Assembly (NCBI GenBank): GCA_965267505.1
Contig: OZ254081.1
Span: 1,510,401 to 1,574,400 of the forward strand
DNA: 64,000 nt
Reading direction: 5' to 3'
Origin: Cytophagales bacterium
Lineage (GTDB): Bacteria > Bacteroidota > Bacteroidia > Cytophagales > CCMP332
The notes under the pieces were generated by a model that was not told the DNA's origin, ran no database searches, and saw only the letters and a program-made list of their open reading frames with translations. The position numbers and the translations under genes are program-made. Positions 37,218-47,631 of the stretch are shown piece after piece (within the stretch, counting starts at the first letter, position 1; every line of letters starts with the position of its first letter).

Positions 37218-39080
37218 ATGTTTGGAAATTATGATATAATTGTTGTTGGCGGCGGCCATGCCGGCTGTGAGGCCGCTCATTCTGCGGGGAAACTGGGGTC
37301 AAAGGTTCTTTTGATCACCATGAATATGGGGTCTATAGCCCAAATGTCTTGTAACCCTGCAATGGGTGGGGTTGCAAAAGGTCAGATCATCAGAGAAATC
37401 GATGCTCTTGGAGGAATGTCGGGTGTGATCTCAGACCAATCAACTATTCAATTCAGAATGCTCAACAAGTCTAAGGGTCCTGCAATGTGGAGCCCCAGAA
37501 CCCAAAACGATAGAATGGTTTTCGCCACACGATGGAGGGAGGCCCTCGAAAGAAATTTGGATGTAGACATTTGGCAGGATATGGTCACCGGGCTTTTAAT
37601 GGAAAACGGAAAGTTGGTGGGTGTAAAGACCTCCTTGGGTTTAGAGCTTCGGTCCAAAACTGTGATCCTGACGAGCGGAACCTTTCTTAATGGAACCATT
37701 CACATTGGAGAAAAACAATTTGGTGGGGGAAGGGCTGGCGAAAGGGCTGCTTTGGGCATAACAGAAGACTTGGTGAAACTCGGTTTTGAGTCTGGAAGGA
37801 TGAAGACAGGAACTCCACCCAGGGTCGACGGCAGAAGTCTTGACTATTCCAAAATGGAAGAACAAAAGGGAGATGAGCTCCCAGAAAAGTTTTCTTTTGG
37901 AAATACTATGGCTGTTCAAAATCAAAGAAGCTGTCATATCACCTACACAAACCCAGAGGTTCATGACCTGTTAAGGGAAGGCTTCGACAAATCCCCTATG
38001 TTCAACGGAAGGATCCAAGGTCTTGGTCCGAGATATTGTCCTTCCATAGAGGATAAAATAGATCGGTTCGCAGAAAGAGACCGGCACCAAATATTCGTAG
38101 AGCCGGAAGGTTGGAATACAGTTGAGGTGTATGTGAATGGGTTTTCTACATCTCTTCCCGAGGATATTCAATTCAAAGCATTAAGTTCTGTGCCAGGTTT
38201 TGAGAACTTCAAAATGTTTAGGCCAGGCTATGCGATAGAATATGATTTCTTTCCACCTCTACAATTAAAGGCTAGCCTGGAAACGAAGCTGGTGGATGGG
38301 CTATTCTTTGCAGGCCAAATAAACGGCACAACTGGTTACGAAGAGGCTGCTAGCCAGGGACTTATGGCTGGAATAAACGCTCATAGAAGTATTAATGAAG
38401 AGCGGCCTCTTGTGCTTAACAGGTCTCAAGCTTATATAGGTGTCCTTATCGACGACCTTGTTCATAAGGGTACGGAGGAGCCTTATAGAATGTTCACATC
38501 CAGGGCAGAGTACCGGATATTATTGAGACAGGATAATGCCGATAGCCGCCTAACTCCAATCGGGCACGAAATTGGATTGGTTGATGATGAAAGGATGAAC
38601 AACCTGACCAATAAAGTGAATCAAATAGAAGAGGCTCTTCAATCCCTTAAGAAGGAAAAAATCAAACCTGAGCTTGCCAATCCAATATTAGAAAGCTTGA
38701 ATTCTGCTGGAATAAAAGAGACGACACCTTATTATAAGCTGCTAAAAAGACCTGAGGTTGGGGTTAGAGACCTTAAGAGCGGCTTGGAAGAACCACCTGA
38801 ATTTTTCTCCAGGCTTGATAATATTATCCTTGATCAGGCAGAGATCCTTACCAAGTATGATACCTACATAGAAAAGGAAAAGATTTTGGCTGAAAAACTT
38901 CAAAACCTGGAAGACAAAAAGATTCCTGAAGAATTCGATTTCAAAGGAATTTCTTCCCTGTCAAGTGAAGCAAAAGAAAAGCTGTCAAACATAAGGCCTT
39001 CAACACTTGGTCAGGCTTCAAGAATCTCCGGGGTCTCCCCATCAGACCTTTCTGTTTTAATGGTGTATTTGAAAAAATGA
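37218..39080 (+). CDS. mnmG: tRNA uridine-5-carboxymethylaminomethyl synthesis enzyme MnmG (GidA)
   Basis: YDIIVVGGGHAGCEAA, MSCNPAMGG.AKG, GPRYCPSIEDK, FFAGQINGTTGYEEAA.QG, and C-terminal GISSLS.EA.EKL...RP.TLGQASRISGVSP.D. Confidence 0.95.
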   Translation: MFGNYDIIVVGGGHAGCEAAHSAGKLGSKVLLITMNMGSIAQMSCNPAMGGVAKGQIIREIDALGGMSGVISDQSTIQFRMLNKSKGPAMWSPRTQNDRMVFATRWREALERNLDVDIWQDMVTGLLMENGKLVGVKTSLGLELRSKTVILTSGTFLNGTIHIGEKQFGGGRAGERAALGITEDLVKLGFESGRMKTGTPPRVDGRSLDYSKMEEQKGDELPEKFSFGNTMAVQNQRSCHITYTNPEVHDLLREGFDKSPMFNGRIQGLGPRYCPSIEDKIDRFAERDRHQIFVEPEGWNTVEVYVNGFSTSLPEDIQFKALSSVPGFENFKMFRPGYAIEYDFFPPLQLKASLETKLVDGLFFAGQINGTTGYEEAASQGLMAGINAHRSINEERPLVLNRSQAYIGVLIDDLVHKGTEEPYRMFTSRAEYRILLRQDNADSRLTPIGHEIGLVDDERMNNLTNKVNQIEEALQSLKKEKIKPELANPILESLNSAGIKETTPYYKLLKRPEVGVRDLKSGLEEPPEFFSRLDNIILDQAEILTKYDTYIEKEKILAEKLQNLEDKKIPEEFDFKGISSLSSEAKEKLSNIRPSTLGQASRISGVSPSDLSVLMVYLKK

Positions 39081-40651
39081 TCCGGATACTTAGCGCCGGT
39101 TTCATCCTACTGGCCTTTATTCTTTACTCATGCGCCAGTCAGAAACCTCCTACTGGCGGTCCCAAGGATAAGCAACCGCCCATTCTTATAAATTCATTTC
39201 CAAAGGATCAAAGCGCCAATTTTCATGGGAGTTATATTCGACTCCAATTTGATGAGATCATAGACGTAAAGAATTTAAAAGGGGAGCTCATAATATCTCC
39301 TGATCCAAACCTAAAATACAAGGAGAAATACAGGTCTAAAGGTTTGATTGTCAATTTATTAGACAGCCTGAGGCCTAACACCACCTATACTTTCAATTTT
39401 GGAAACTCCATCTCAGACATTACCGAAAAGAATGTCCCGGAAAACCTTTCAATTGCATTTTCTACAGGCCCGGTGATAGACTCCTTATATATAAAGGGGA
39501 GAATAGTAAACAACCTAAACAATGAGCCTGAAAAGAGTAATGTTATCATAGGGCTGTATGCACCATCTGATACTCTTGACGTTACCAAACATCAACCGGA
39601 GTATTATACCAAAGTGGATGAGACTGGATACTTTGTTCTTAACAATCTCCCCGCACGTCAATTCGAGATCTATGCCATTACAGATAAAAACAAGAACAGA
39701 ACCTTCGATAGCCGGACCGAACTATTAGGATTCTATGGTTCCACAATAAATAGTTCCGAACCCCCAGATTCTTTGATCCTAAGATTGGTGGATCAAAACT
39801 TTGATTCAGCGGAGTTGATCAGAACCTTTGAAGGATCCAACTATTTCAAACTCGATTACTCAAGAGGTCTAAAGTCTTTTGAAGTAAAGGCCGATGAAGT
39901 ATCTTTTTCTTTTTTTGATAAAAACAGCTCTGTCGTCCTGTTCCCATCTTTCGAAGAAGAAAAAGAAATTCAGGTTTCCTGGGTAGATAGCCTGGGAAGA
40001 AGCTCTGACTCACTGCTAACAATTTCATTAGATCCTGTTTCCAAGGAATTCGATAAGAAATCGAGCCTTAATTCAACCCCTCCAAATAATTCAAAGATCC
40101 TTCCATCCGACTCGATAATTTTCTGGACCAATATTCCCCCTGCCTCATTTTTAACGGATAGTGTCTTTTACCAGGGAAAGCCTGACACCACCTCAATAAG
40201 CAAGCTGGAACTAAGGCCAAATACTATTCCCTGGGTTTTTTATCCGGATCCAAAACAGGAAACTTTCGGAATACTTTACAAAAAGGGCTCGATCATTTCC
40301 GTCACGCGAGACACAATTCCATCAAAGCAATTCCGATATGGCTTAAAGAAACCCGAAAATTTTGGGCAGGTTGAAGGAGAGGTAAAATCAGATGAGCAAT
40401 GCTTTATAGTTCAGGTTTTGAATGAGAAGTTCCAGATCGTTAAGGAGTCAAAGAATTCAAAACGCTTTGTTTTTAAAGGCCTTGATCCTGGGAAATACCA
40501 ACTCAGAGCTTTGATTGATAGAAATTGCAATGGTGTGTACGACCAGGGTGATTATAGATCAAAGGAGCTGCCTGAAAGATTTCATTTCTATGATGAACTC
40601 ATGCAGTTAAAGGCAAATTGGATCCAGACAGATAAGGTTCTAACTTTTTAA
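39077..40651 (+). CDS. Ig-like-domain lipoprotein (SbsA/Big_5-like N-terminal domain)
   Basis: Lipobox LYSCAS, then PPTGGPKDKQPPILINSFP, a motif I recall from Bacteroidota Ig-like-domain lipoproteins. 4-nt overlap with mnmG. Confidence 0.55.
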   Translation: MIRILSAGFILLAFILYSCASQKPPTGGPKDKQPPILINSFPKDQSANFHGSYIRLQFDEIIDVKNLKGELIISPDPNLKYKEKYRSKGLIVNLLDSLRPNTTYTFNFGNSISDITEKNVPENLSIAFSTGPVIDSLYIKGRIVNNLNNEPEKSNVIIGLYAPSDTLDVTKHQPEYYTKVDETGYFVLNNLPARQFEIYAITDKNKNRTFDSRTELLGFYGSTINSSEPPDSLILRLVDQNFDSAELIRTFEGSNYFKLDYSRGLKSFEVKADEVSFSFFDKNSSVVLFPSFEEEKEIQVSWVDSLGRSSDSLLTISLDPVSKEFDKKSSLNSTPPNNSKILPSDSIIFWTNIPPASFLTDSVFYQGKPDTTSISKLELRPNTIPWVFYPDPKQETFGILYKKGSIISVTRDTIPSKQFRYGLKKPENFGQVEGEVKSDEQCFIVQVLNEKFQIVKESKNSKRFVFKGLDPGKYQLRALIDRNCNGVYDQGDYRSKELPERFHFYDELMQLKANWIQTDKVLTF

Positions 40652-41011
40652 CAATAAGCTTGGGGGTAAATCTGTTTTTATGGTTGATAAGTGAATAAGA
40701 TATCCTGGAAAACAAAAAGACTAACTGTATTTTGGGATATCATGATTTAGGAAGGTAAAGTTCCCAGGTTTTCCCACATCAAAATCGGTGCAGAATTATC
40801 CAGTCAAACTTATCCCCAAAAGAAAATAAGCTTGTTAATTAATTGATAATTAGTGTTTTATAAAAAAGAATTATGTTGATACAAAGAAGGGAGATGCTGA
40901 TTAACAACGATTCAATATTCCAAATTCTTTTTTCAGAATTTTTCAACGTATCAACAGCTTAATAATAATAATAGAACTATATATATATTATAACTATTAT
41001 AACTATCCGTG

Positions 41012-42829
41012 ATGAAAAGGTGGAGAATTTACGTGCTGGTTTTTCCTTTGTCGATGATCATGGCTTCTGTTTTTGCGCAGGACCAAAACGCAGCCCTAGG
41101 AAATGAGTACTATTTAAAGGGGGATTACGAAAAAGCGATAGCTTACTATGAAAAATACCTGAAGACCGGTAAGGATCCGTTTCTGGTTTACGATAATTAT
41201 TACCAGGCTCTAATCGGTTCCAAGGAATTATCCAAGGCAGAGAAGGAAATCAAAAAACTTTCCAAAAAAGACCAGGGAGAAATAATCTTCAAAATTGATC
41301 TCTTGTTGGTCATGCAGCTGCAAGGGAAAGAAAAAGAATTTCAAAAAGAGAAACAGGAGTTTCTCAATCAGATCAGTGTATTCCAGGTTTTGGTTGAAGC
41401 AGCAGCAAAACATCTGTTTCAAAGAAACCAGGCTGATTTCTCAGAGGAGCTTTACCTGGTATCAAGAAAGACATTAAGGTCCCCCACCCTTTATGCCCAA
41501 AACCTGATGGCTTTATACAAGTTCTCCGGAAACAAGGAGAAACTTATTGAAGAGGGGGTAAACCTTTTGGATGCCGAGCCGAGTTACCTCAGTTACGTTC
41601 AGAATTACTTCCAGGATGAGGTTCGGGAAGAAGATTTCTCCAAAAAACTCGAAGAAAAACTCATTAGCTCAATTCAAAGCGATCCTGAATCTCAGGCCAT
41701 GAATGAGATGCTCATTTGGTATTATGTTCAGAAGAAAGATTTCTATGCGGCCTTTATTCAGGGACGGTCAGTTGACCAGAGAAAAAGCCTGGGAGGAAAA
41801 AATCTACTTGAGCTTGGTGAGATCATGTATAAGAACAAAGCTTACGAAGATGCGGTCAAATTGTATAGTTATTTGGCAAAGGAATACTCTGATAATCAGA
41901 TATTTGGAGAAGCAAAACGCATGGAGATCAGCTCTCGAGAAGCCTTGATAAAAGAGACGTACCCAATAGACTCGGTCCAGATCCGTGAGCTTATTGCTGA
42001 GTATCAGAAACTGATCGACAAGATCGGCAAAAAGAGATCTTCAGCAGAGGCTTACAGGAGTATGGCTTTGCTCCATGCTTTTCAAATGGCTGAATATGAT
42101 AGGGCAATTAGTCTTTTGAAGGAAGCACTGTTGATCCCAAGGACCCCAAGGATCTTCTCAGGAAAATGCAAGCTTGATATGGGCGACATTTATTTACTGA
42201 AAGATCAGCCCTGGGAATCTAAACTCCTTTATGCACAAGTAGAGAAATCCTATAAAGATCAGCCTATTGGGCACGAAGGAAAATACCGTCTTGCCAGAAT
42301 TTTTTACTTCACAGGCGAATTTGAGCTCGCAAAAGCAAACCTTGATATTCTAAAAAGAGCCACGACCAGGGTAATAGCAAACGACGCAATGCAGCTAAGT
42401 CTATTGATCCAGGACAATTCTGCACTTGACACCTCTTACGATGCACTATTGGAATTTTCGAAGATCGACCTGGTTTATTTTAGCCAACAATATCAGCCCG
42501 CCAGAATCAGGTTCGAAGCATTCCTTGATCATTACCCCAGTCACAGCTTAATAGATGAAACCTACCTGCGATTAGCCCGGATACACAACCGAATGGGAGA
42601 GTTCGAAACCTCGATAAAATACTTTGATCGGATCATTGATGAATATCCGGAGGACATTTTAGTTGATGATGCCCTATTCCACAAAGCGGAAATTTTGGAA
42701 GAAAAGCTCAACAACAAGGAAGGTGCCATGGAAGCCTATAAAAAGATCCTGTTTGATTATCCAGGAAGCTTTTATGCGGAAGAGGCGCGAAAAAGATTTA
42801 GAGAACTAAGAGGCGATAGCCTTAACTAG
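41012..42829 (+). CDS. Tetratricopeptide-repeat protein (secreted)
   Basis: Signal peptide MKRWRIYVLVFPLSMIMASVFA and repeated TPR-like helices (GNEYYLKGDYEKAIAYYEKYL, ...YKNKAYEDAVKLYSYL, ...MGEFETSIKYFDRIIDEYP). The ORF track starts at GTG 41009. Confidence 0.8.
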   Translation: MKRWRIYVLVFPLSMIMASVFAQDQNAALGNEYYLKGDYEKAIAYYEKYLKTGKDPFLVYDNYYQALIGSKELSKAEKEIKKLSKKDQGEIIFKIDLLLVMQLQGKEKEFQKEKQEFLNQISVFQVLVEAAAKHLFQRNQADFSEELYLVSRKTLRSPTLYAQNLMALYKFSGNKEKLIEEGVNLLDAEPSYLSYVQNYFQDEVREEDFSKKLEEKLISSIQSDPESQAMNEMLIWYYVQKKDFYAAFIQGRSVDQRKSLGGKNLLELGEIMYKNKAYEDAVKLYSYLAKEYSDNQIFGEAKRMEISSREALIKETYPIDSVQIRELIAEYQKLIDKIGKKRSSAEAYRSMALLHAFQMAEYDRAISLLKEALLIPRTPRIFSGKCKLDMGDIYLLKDQPWESKLLYAQVEKSYKDQPIGHEGKYRLARIFYFTGEFELAKANLDILKRATTRVIANDAMQLSLLIQDNSALDTSYDALLEFSKIDLVYFSQQYQPARIRFEAFLDHYPSHSLIDETYLRLARIHNRMGEFETSIKYFDRIIDEYPEDILVDDALFHKAEILEEKLNNKEGAMEAYKKILFDYPGSFYAEEARKRFRELRGDSLN

Positions 42830-42830
42830 A

Positions 42831-43151
42831 TCAAAGGAGCCTATTCAAAGCTCTGAAAAGGTTCTGCTCTTCAATCGAGAAGACATTATCTGCCAAAAAC
42901 ACCATTTTTAGCTCGGAAAGCAGGTTTTCCTTGCTTTCTTCATCCTTAAAATAAAGTTCACGATGAGCCAAAATAAACTCGATTCGCTCGTAATCTGAAT
43001 ATTGGTCAAAATGTGTTTTTGCCCTTTTTAAGCTTTCAAGACCAACCTTATCTGCAATAAGGTCAAGCTCGCTTTTGCTTAAGACCAGGTCGGCCGAGGC
43101 GGCGTAAAGAAATACAAAAGCCAAAAATTCCGATTTTTCTAATGTTTCCAT
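42831..43151 (-). CDS. Hypothetical helical protein (possible TerB-like fold)
   Basis: 106 aa. The paired pattern ...AASADLVLSKSELDLI... and ...LADNVFSIEEQNLFRAL resembles the two-lobed TerB/DjlA-N motif. Weak. Confidence 0.4.
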   Translation of the reverse strand: METLEKSEFLAFVFLYAASADLVLSKSELDLIADKVGLESLKRAKTHFDQYSDYERIEFILAHRELYFKDEESKENLLSELKMVFLADNVFSIEEQNLFRALNRLL

Positions 43152-43195
43152 CTAGGCAGATTTTGGGGCAAAAATAAATCGATTTGCGAATTACC

Positions 43196-43333
43196 CTATT
43201 CGTACTTCTTTATGATCTCTTTTTTCTTCTCCCAAGGAGGAGTCGTCCTGCGAAACATATCCCAGGATATGAACAAAACAGCCAACACAAAAAGAATTGA
43301 AACTATAACGAAGACTTTCTTTTTCTTATCCAT
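43196..43333 (-). CDS. Small single-pass membrane protein (45 aa)
   Basis: Hand translation: MDKKKKVFVIVSILFVLAVLFISWDMFRRTTPPWEKKKEIIKKYE, then TAG. Starts 5 nt after the stop of the upstream beta-barrel gene. Below the ORF-track cutoff. Confidence 0.35.
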   Translation of the reverse strand: MDKKKKVFVIVSILFVLAVLFISWDMFRRTTPPWEKKKEIIKKYE

Positions 43334-43338
43334 TCAAA

Positions 43339-44058
43339 CTAGAAACGCATGCCAAACCCCAGGTTTACATCAATGTAGCTTATTTCGCTATAATATCTAT
43401 GCTCCTCGAAATCGTTAGAAATTCCTGAAGGTACGTTTGCACTACGATAATGTGTAGGACTTCCAAAATTATAGGCGGTTCTAACCGAAACAAAAGCACT
43501 TCCCTTTTTTCCCGATTTAAAATTTAACGCCCCAAGACCAAGCTCTCCACCTAAGCCTACACCCGCCACAAGGGAGTTCCCATGTGAAACCGTTTGTCCG
43601 ACGTCGGCAACAACCTCCTCTTGGGCAGAAACATCTGAGAAAAAATTGTTTGCACCTAAACGAAACTCGGTAAACCCTTTAAAGCTCTCTGTCTCCACTA
43701 GGTAATATCTTGCCAGGGCCCTAACCGTCCAAAAACAATCTTCTTCATACATTTCTACCGGCCCAATATGGGTTTGCAGAACATATTCTGCAGAATAATA
43801 CATGGCCACACCCACCTCGGCACCAACGGACCACCTTGGCCCAATCCTTCTCAAATAATTAAAGCCAAAGCCGGCTGGGTTTGAACCATTTAGGGTTTGA
43901 GCAAAAGCTCCGGTGGGAGCGAACATATCAAAATGGATATCCATTTGGTTGCGGGGCTGGTCCTTATAGGTCAATCCAATGGGTGCATTTGGCTCCTTGG
44001 CAAAACCGAGAAGTGGCAAAACGAAAAGAAAGGTTAGTATCAGTAGGCGTTTTTTCAT
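43339..44058 (-). CDS. Outer-membrane beta-barrel (porin-family) protein
   Basis: Signal peptide MKKRLLILTFLFVLPLLGFA, alternating amphipathic strands, and a C-terminal ...NLGFGMRF with terminal Phe. Confidence 0.7.
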   Translation of the reverse strand: MKKRLLILTFLFVLPLLGFAKEPNAPIGLTYKDQPRNQMDIHFDMFAPTGAFAQTLNGSNPAGFGFNYLRRIGPRWSVGAEVGVAMYYSAEYVLQTHIGPVEMYEEDCFWTVRALARYYLVETESFKGFTEFRLGANNFFSDVSAQEEVVADVGQTVSHGNSLVAGVGLGGELGLGALNFKSGKKGSAFVSVRTAYNFGSPTHYRSANVPSGISNDFEEHRYYSEISYIDVNLGFGMRF

Positions 44059-44131
44059 AATTTGTTTTCAGACCTATAACAATTTTCGGGCCGACTTGGG
44101 TTTAGCATTCCAATAAAAATATCCAAACTGG

Positions 44132-44833
44132 TTGTATTCAGCCAAAAAAGCTGTCTGGTTAATAAAATTAGATATTTTAAAGTCCAAATATCTCACCGTT
44201 TTGGAAAGAAAGACCCTGCTTCAGTTCAGTTATGATGATCTCTTGGATCATTTTTCGAAAAGTGATCTAAAGCTATTTTCCATACTCGAAAAAGTCGGAC
44301 CTTTTGAATTCAACCTGACCCCCAATCCCTTTCAGGCTCTTGTGGAATCGATTCTTTCCCAACAGGTTTCATCGAAATCCGCAGACTCGACCATAAAAAA
44401 GGTTGAAGAGTTTATGGATGGTTTTGATCAACCCGAAAATTGGATTGGAATAGAAAGGGAGACATGGAGGGAATATGGTGTTTCTCGACAAAAAGCCAGT
44501 TACCTGAACAACATCGCAGAATATTTTACAGAAAACAAAAAAGAAGTTGACTCATTTTCTACGATGGAAGACAGCGAGATCCTAGAATCCCTTGTGAAAA
44601 TTAAGGGGGTAGGAGAATGGACGGCGCAGATGTTCCTGATATTTTGTTTGGGAAGGCCGAACGTGCTTGCCCCGGGCGATCTTGGAATTCAGGTAATGTC
44701 GCAAAAACTATATGGGCTTAAGGAAGCACCAGACAAAAAGAAACTCTTGGAAATCAGCAAAAACTGGGAACCACACATAAGTTGGGCGCAACTATACCTA
44801 TGGAAAGCCTCGAGATTAGGAAGCTTGGATTAA
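44132..44833 (+). CDS. HhH-GPD DNA glycosylase (AlkA-type 3-methyladenine glycosylase II)
   Basis: NPFQALVESILSQQVS, LVKIKGVGEWTAQMFLIF.LGRPNVLAPGDLGIQ (HhH-GPD with catalytic Asp). The start codon is uncertain: TTG 44132, with an alternative TTG near 44201. Confidence 0.75.
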   Translation: MYSAKKAVWLIKLDILKSKYLTVLERKTLLQFSYDDLLDHFSKSDLKLFSILEKVGPFEFNLTPNPFQALVESILSQQVSSKSADSTIKKVEEFMDGFDQPENWIGIERETWREYGVSRQKASYLNNIAEYFTENKKEVDSFSTMEDSEILESLVKIKGVGEWTAQMFLIFCLGRPNVLAPGDLGIQVMSQKLYGLKEAPDKKKLLEISKNWEPHISWAQLYLWKASRLGSLD

Positions 44834-45510
44834 AGGAAAAGGAAAAACTTTTCCTTCGCCTTTGCGAATTCATCACTGAAAGAAGGCAAAATCTGATCGA
44901 GGAGGTTTTAGCCCAAAGGACCAGGTCTTTGGTTTTGGCTGTTGATGATATGGCGAAGGAGCATAATTCCGGTGCCCTCTTAAGAACCTGTGATGCCTTC
45001 GGGCTTCAGGATCTTTATGTAGTGGATCAAGATTTCCAAAAACGATCCGCAAGAAACATTAGCAAGGGATCGACAAAATGGGTTGATTGCAAGCATTATG
45101 GTTCCTGGCTAGGAAATGATGGATGCCTAGAAAAACTAAAGGGAAGAGGTTACCGGATTGTTGCGAGCTCTCCGGAGCAAAACTCAAAAAGCATTTCAGA
45201 CTTCCTACCAAAAGGGAAAACGGCAATACTTTTCGGAAATGAGCAGTTGGGCCTCGAGGAAAAAGTCATTCAAAAAGCTGATGAGGTAATTCACATTCCT
45301 ATGAAGGGTTTTTCAGAAAGCATGAATGTTTCCGTTTCGGCTGGGATCATTATTCATGAGCTGATCCAAAAAATGAAAGCCGAAAACCAGATCGAGCCAT
45401 TGGAAGAGTCTGATAAGTTGAACCTAAGAATTCAGTGGGCCCAAAGCTCCATACCCAGGGGTCAGGAAATGGCAAATGAAATAAGCCATCAACTGTTTGG
45501 TTTCAAGTAG
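44800..45510 (+). CDS. SpoU/TrmH-family RNA 2'-O-methyltransferase
   Basis: GALLRTCDAFGLQDLYVV, ILFGNEQLGLEE and IHIPMKGFSESMNVSVSAGIIIHEL are SPOUT knot motifs. The ORF track starts at 44782; ATG 44800 is preferred. Confidence 0.8.
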   Translation: MESLEIRKLGLKEKEKLFLRLCEFITERRQNLIEEVLAQRTRSLVLAVDDMAKEHNSGALLRTCDAFGLQDLYVVDQDFQKRSARNISKGSTKWVDCKHYGSWLGNDGCLEKLKGRGYRIVASSPEQNSKSISDFLPKGKTAILFGNEQLGLEEKVIQKADEVIHIPMKGFSESMNVSVSAGIIIHELIQKMKAENQIEPLEESDKLNLRIQWAQSSIPRGQEMANEISHQLFGFK

Positions 45511-45531
45511 GCATCGAAGCGTTTTCATTTC

Positions 45532-45539
45532 TATGTTTG
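45532..45539 (+). promoter_or_regulatory. Candidate -7 box (TAnnTTTG) upstream of glyA
   Basis: TATGTTTG lies 17 nt upstream of ATG 45557. Confidence 0.35.
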
Positions 45540-45556
45540 CCAAAGAATTTTAGGAA

Positions 45557-46828
45557 ATGAGGGATCAAAAAGTCTTTGAGATCATTGAAGCGGAAAAGCT
45601 TCGTCAAACAAGAGGCATAGAATTAATTGCTTCGGAAAACTTTGTCTCGGATCAGGTTATGGAGGCCATGGGCTCTGTAATGACAAATAAATATGCCGAA
45701 GGGCTACCGGGAAAAAGATATTATGGCGGCTGTGAAGAGGTAGATAAAACCGAAAACCTGGCTATTGAAAGAATAAAAGAACTTTTTGGCGCAGAATGGG
45801 CTAATGTTCAACCTCATTCAGGGGCACAAGCAAATGCAGCGGTAATGCTTGCCTGCCTTGAGGCGGGAGATAAGATTTTGGGGTTTGACCTAGCCCATGG
45901 AGGTCACCTTACCCACGGTTCACCGGTGAATTTTTCAGGAAAACTTTATCGTCCTGTTTTCTATGGGGTGGAAAAAGAAACAGGAACCATCGACTGGAAT
46001 GTGGTGGAAGAAAAGGCAAAGCAGGAAAAACCCAAAATGATCATTTGTGGGGCTTCAGCCTATTCAAGAGACTGGGACTACAAAAAACTAAGGGAGATTG
46101 CAGACGAGGTTGGAGCCCTATTGCTTGCAGACATATCTCACCCCTCTGGCCTGATTGCCAAAAAACTTTTGAATGATCCTTTACCGTATTGCCACGTTGT
46201 AACCACCACCACCCACAAAACCCTCCGCGGCCCAAGGGGTGGAGTAATAATGATGGGTAAAGATTTTGAGAACCCCTGGGGAAAAACCACCCCGAAAGGG
46301 ATGATCAGAAAAATGTCATCAATTCTGGATAGCGGAGTTTTCCCCGGAACACAAGGCGGACCCCTGGAACATGTGATCGCTTCAAAAGCGATAGCTTTTG
46401 GAGAAGCGTTAGATCCCGCATACGAAAAATATTCGGTCCAGGTAAGGAAAAACGCCCAGGCACTATGCGGTGCCATGGTTGAAAGAGGTTATGAAGTGAT
46501 TTCAGGAGGAACTGACAACCACTTAATGCTCATAGATCTTCGCACAAAGGACATTACTGGCAAGGAAGCTGAAAACGCTTTGATCAAAGCAGATATTACT
46601 ATTAATAAAAACATGGTTCCTTTTGATGACAAGTCGCCTTTCGTAACATCAGGAATAAGGCTTGGGACATCCGCTCTTACAACCAGGGGTCTGGACGAAG
46701 AAGGAATGAAAAAAGTCGCCGAGCTTATTGACAGGGTTTTGATGAATCGCGAAGACGAAAACAGCATCAACTCGATCCGAACAGAGATCAATGATTGGAT
46801 GAGTGAATTCCCACTTTTTAGCTGGTAA
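45557..46828 (+). CDS. glyA: Serine hydroxymethyltransferase
   Basis: [26 protein letters not shown], and [16 protein letters not shown] (PLP-lysine region). Confidence 0.95.
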   Translation: MRDQKVFEIIEAEKLRQTRGIELIASENFVSDQVMEAMGSVMTNKYAEGLPGKRYYGGCEEVDKTENLAIERIKELFGAEWANVQPHSGAQANAAVMLACLEAGDKILGFDLAHGGHLTHGSPVNFSGKLYRPVFYGVEKETGTIDWNVVEEKAKQEKPKMIICGASAYSRDWDYKKLREIADEVGALLLADISHPSGLIAKKLLNDPLPYCHVVTTTTHKTLRGPRGGVIMMGKDFENPWGKTTPKGMIRKMSSILDSGVFPGTQGGPLEHVIASKAIAFGEALDPAYEKYSVQVRKNAQALCGAMVERGYEVISGGTDNHLMLIDLRTKDITGKEAENALIKADITINKNMVPFDDKSPFVTSGIRLGTSALTTRGLDEEGMKKVAELIDRVLMNREDENSINSIRTEINDWMSEFPLFSW

Positions 46829-47631
46829 TGGCCCAGGACCAAAACGAAATGTCATTTCTCGACCACCTCGAGATCCTTAGATGGCACCTTATCCGTTCAT
46901 TTATCGCAATTGGGGTATTTGCAATTGCCGCCTTTGTAATGAAGGATATCGTTTTTGGGAAGATCATCCTTGGCCCATCAAAAGCGGATTTCATAACCTA
47001 CCAGGCTTTGTGTAAAGCAAGCGAATATCTGGGCACTAACTTTTTCTGCATTGATGAGCTTCCATTCATCATTCAAAGCAGGAGAATGACTGGGCAATTC
47101 ACTATGCATATTCTTTCCTCATTGGTTATTGGTCTGGTTATGGCATTTCCATATGCGTTTTGGGAGGCCTGGAGATTTATCAGGCCAGGACTTTACCCAA
47201 CAGAAAAGAAAGCATCAAGGGGCGCAGTTTTTTCGGTTAGTTTTCTGTTTCTCTTGGGGATCATGTTTGGGTATTTCATGGTTTGTCCCATTTCTGTAAA
47301 CTTCCTCGCCAACTATAGCCTTGACCCAAGCATTAAAAATGAATTTGACATAGTTTCCTATGTATCTACCATAACCATGTTGGTGCTGACTTGCGGAATT
47401 ATGTTCCAAATGCCAGTCATCATATACTTTTTATCCAAAGCAGGCCTTGTTGGGCCGCAAACCCTCAAGGGTTTCAGAAGAATGGCGGTGGTAATTATTC
47501 TGGTGGTTTCAGCCATACTGACCCCACCCGATGTTATCAGCCAGATCCTGATAGCACTGCCATTGATGGTTTTGTATGAATTGAGCATTTTGGTGTCAGG
47601 CTTTGTAAAATCAAGAAGAGATGAACAATAA
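46828..47631 (+). CDS. tatC: Twin-arginine translocase subunit TatC
   Basis: MSFLDHLEILRWHLIRS (the TatC HL.ELR motif), six TM helices, and ILTPPDVISQ. TAATG overlap with glyA. Confidence 0.9.
   Translation: MAQDQNEMSFLDHLEILRWHLIRSFIAIGVFAIAAFVMKDIVFGKIILGPSKADFITYQALCKASEYLGTNFFCIDELPFIIQSRRMTGQFTMHILSSLVIGLVMAFPYAFWEAWRFIRPGLYPTEKKASRGAVFSVSFLFLLGIMFGYFMVCPISVNFLANYSLDPSIKNEFDIVSYVSTITMLVLTCGIMFQMPVIIYFLSKAGLVGPQTLKGFRRMAVVIILVVSAILTPPDVISQILIALPLMVLYELSILVSGFVKSRRDEQ

Noticed and set aside
43212-43418. 68-aa plus-strand ORF between the TerB-like and porin genes
   Set aside because: It overlaps the 3' end of the beta-barrel gene and the better-supported 45-aa minus-strand membrane ORF, and it has no features of its own.
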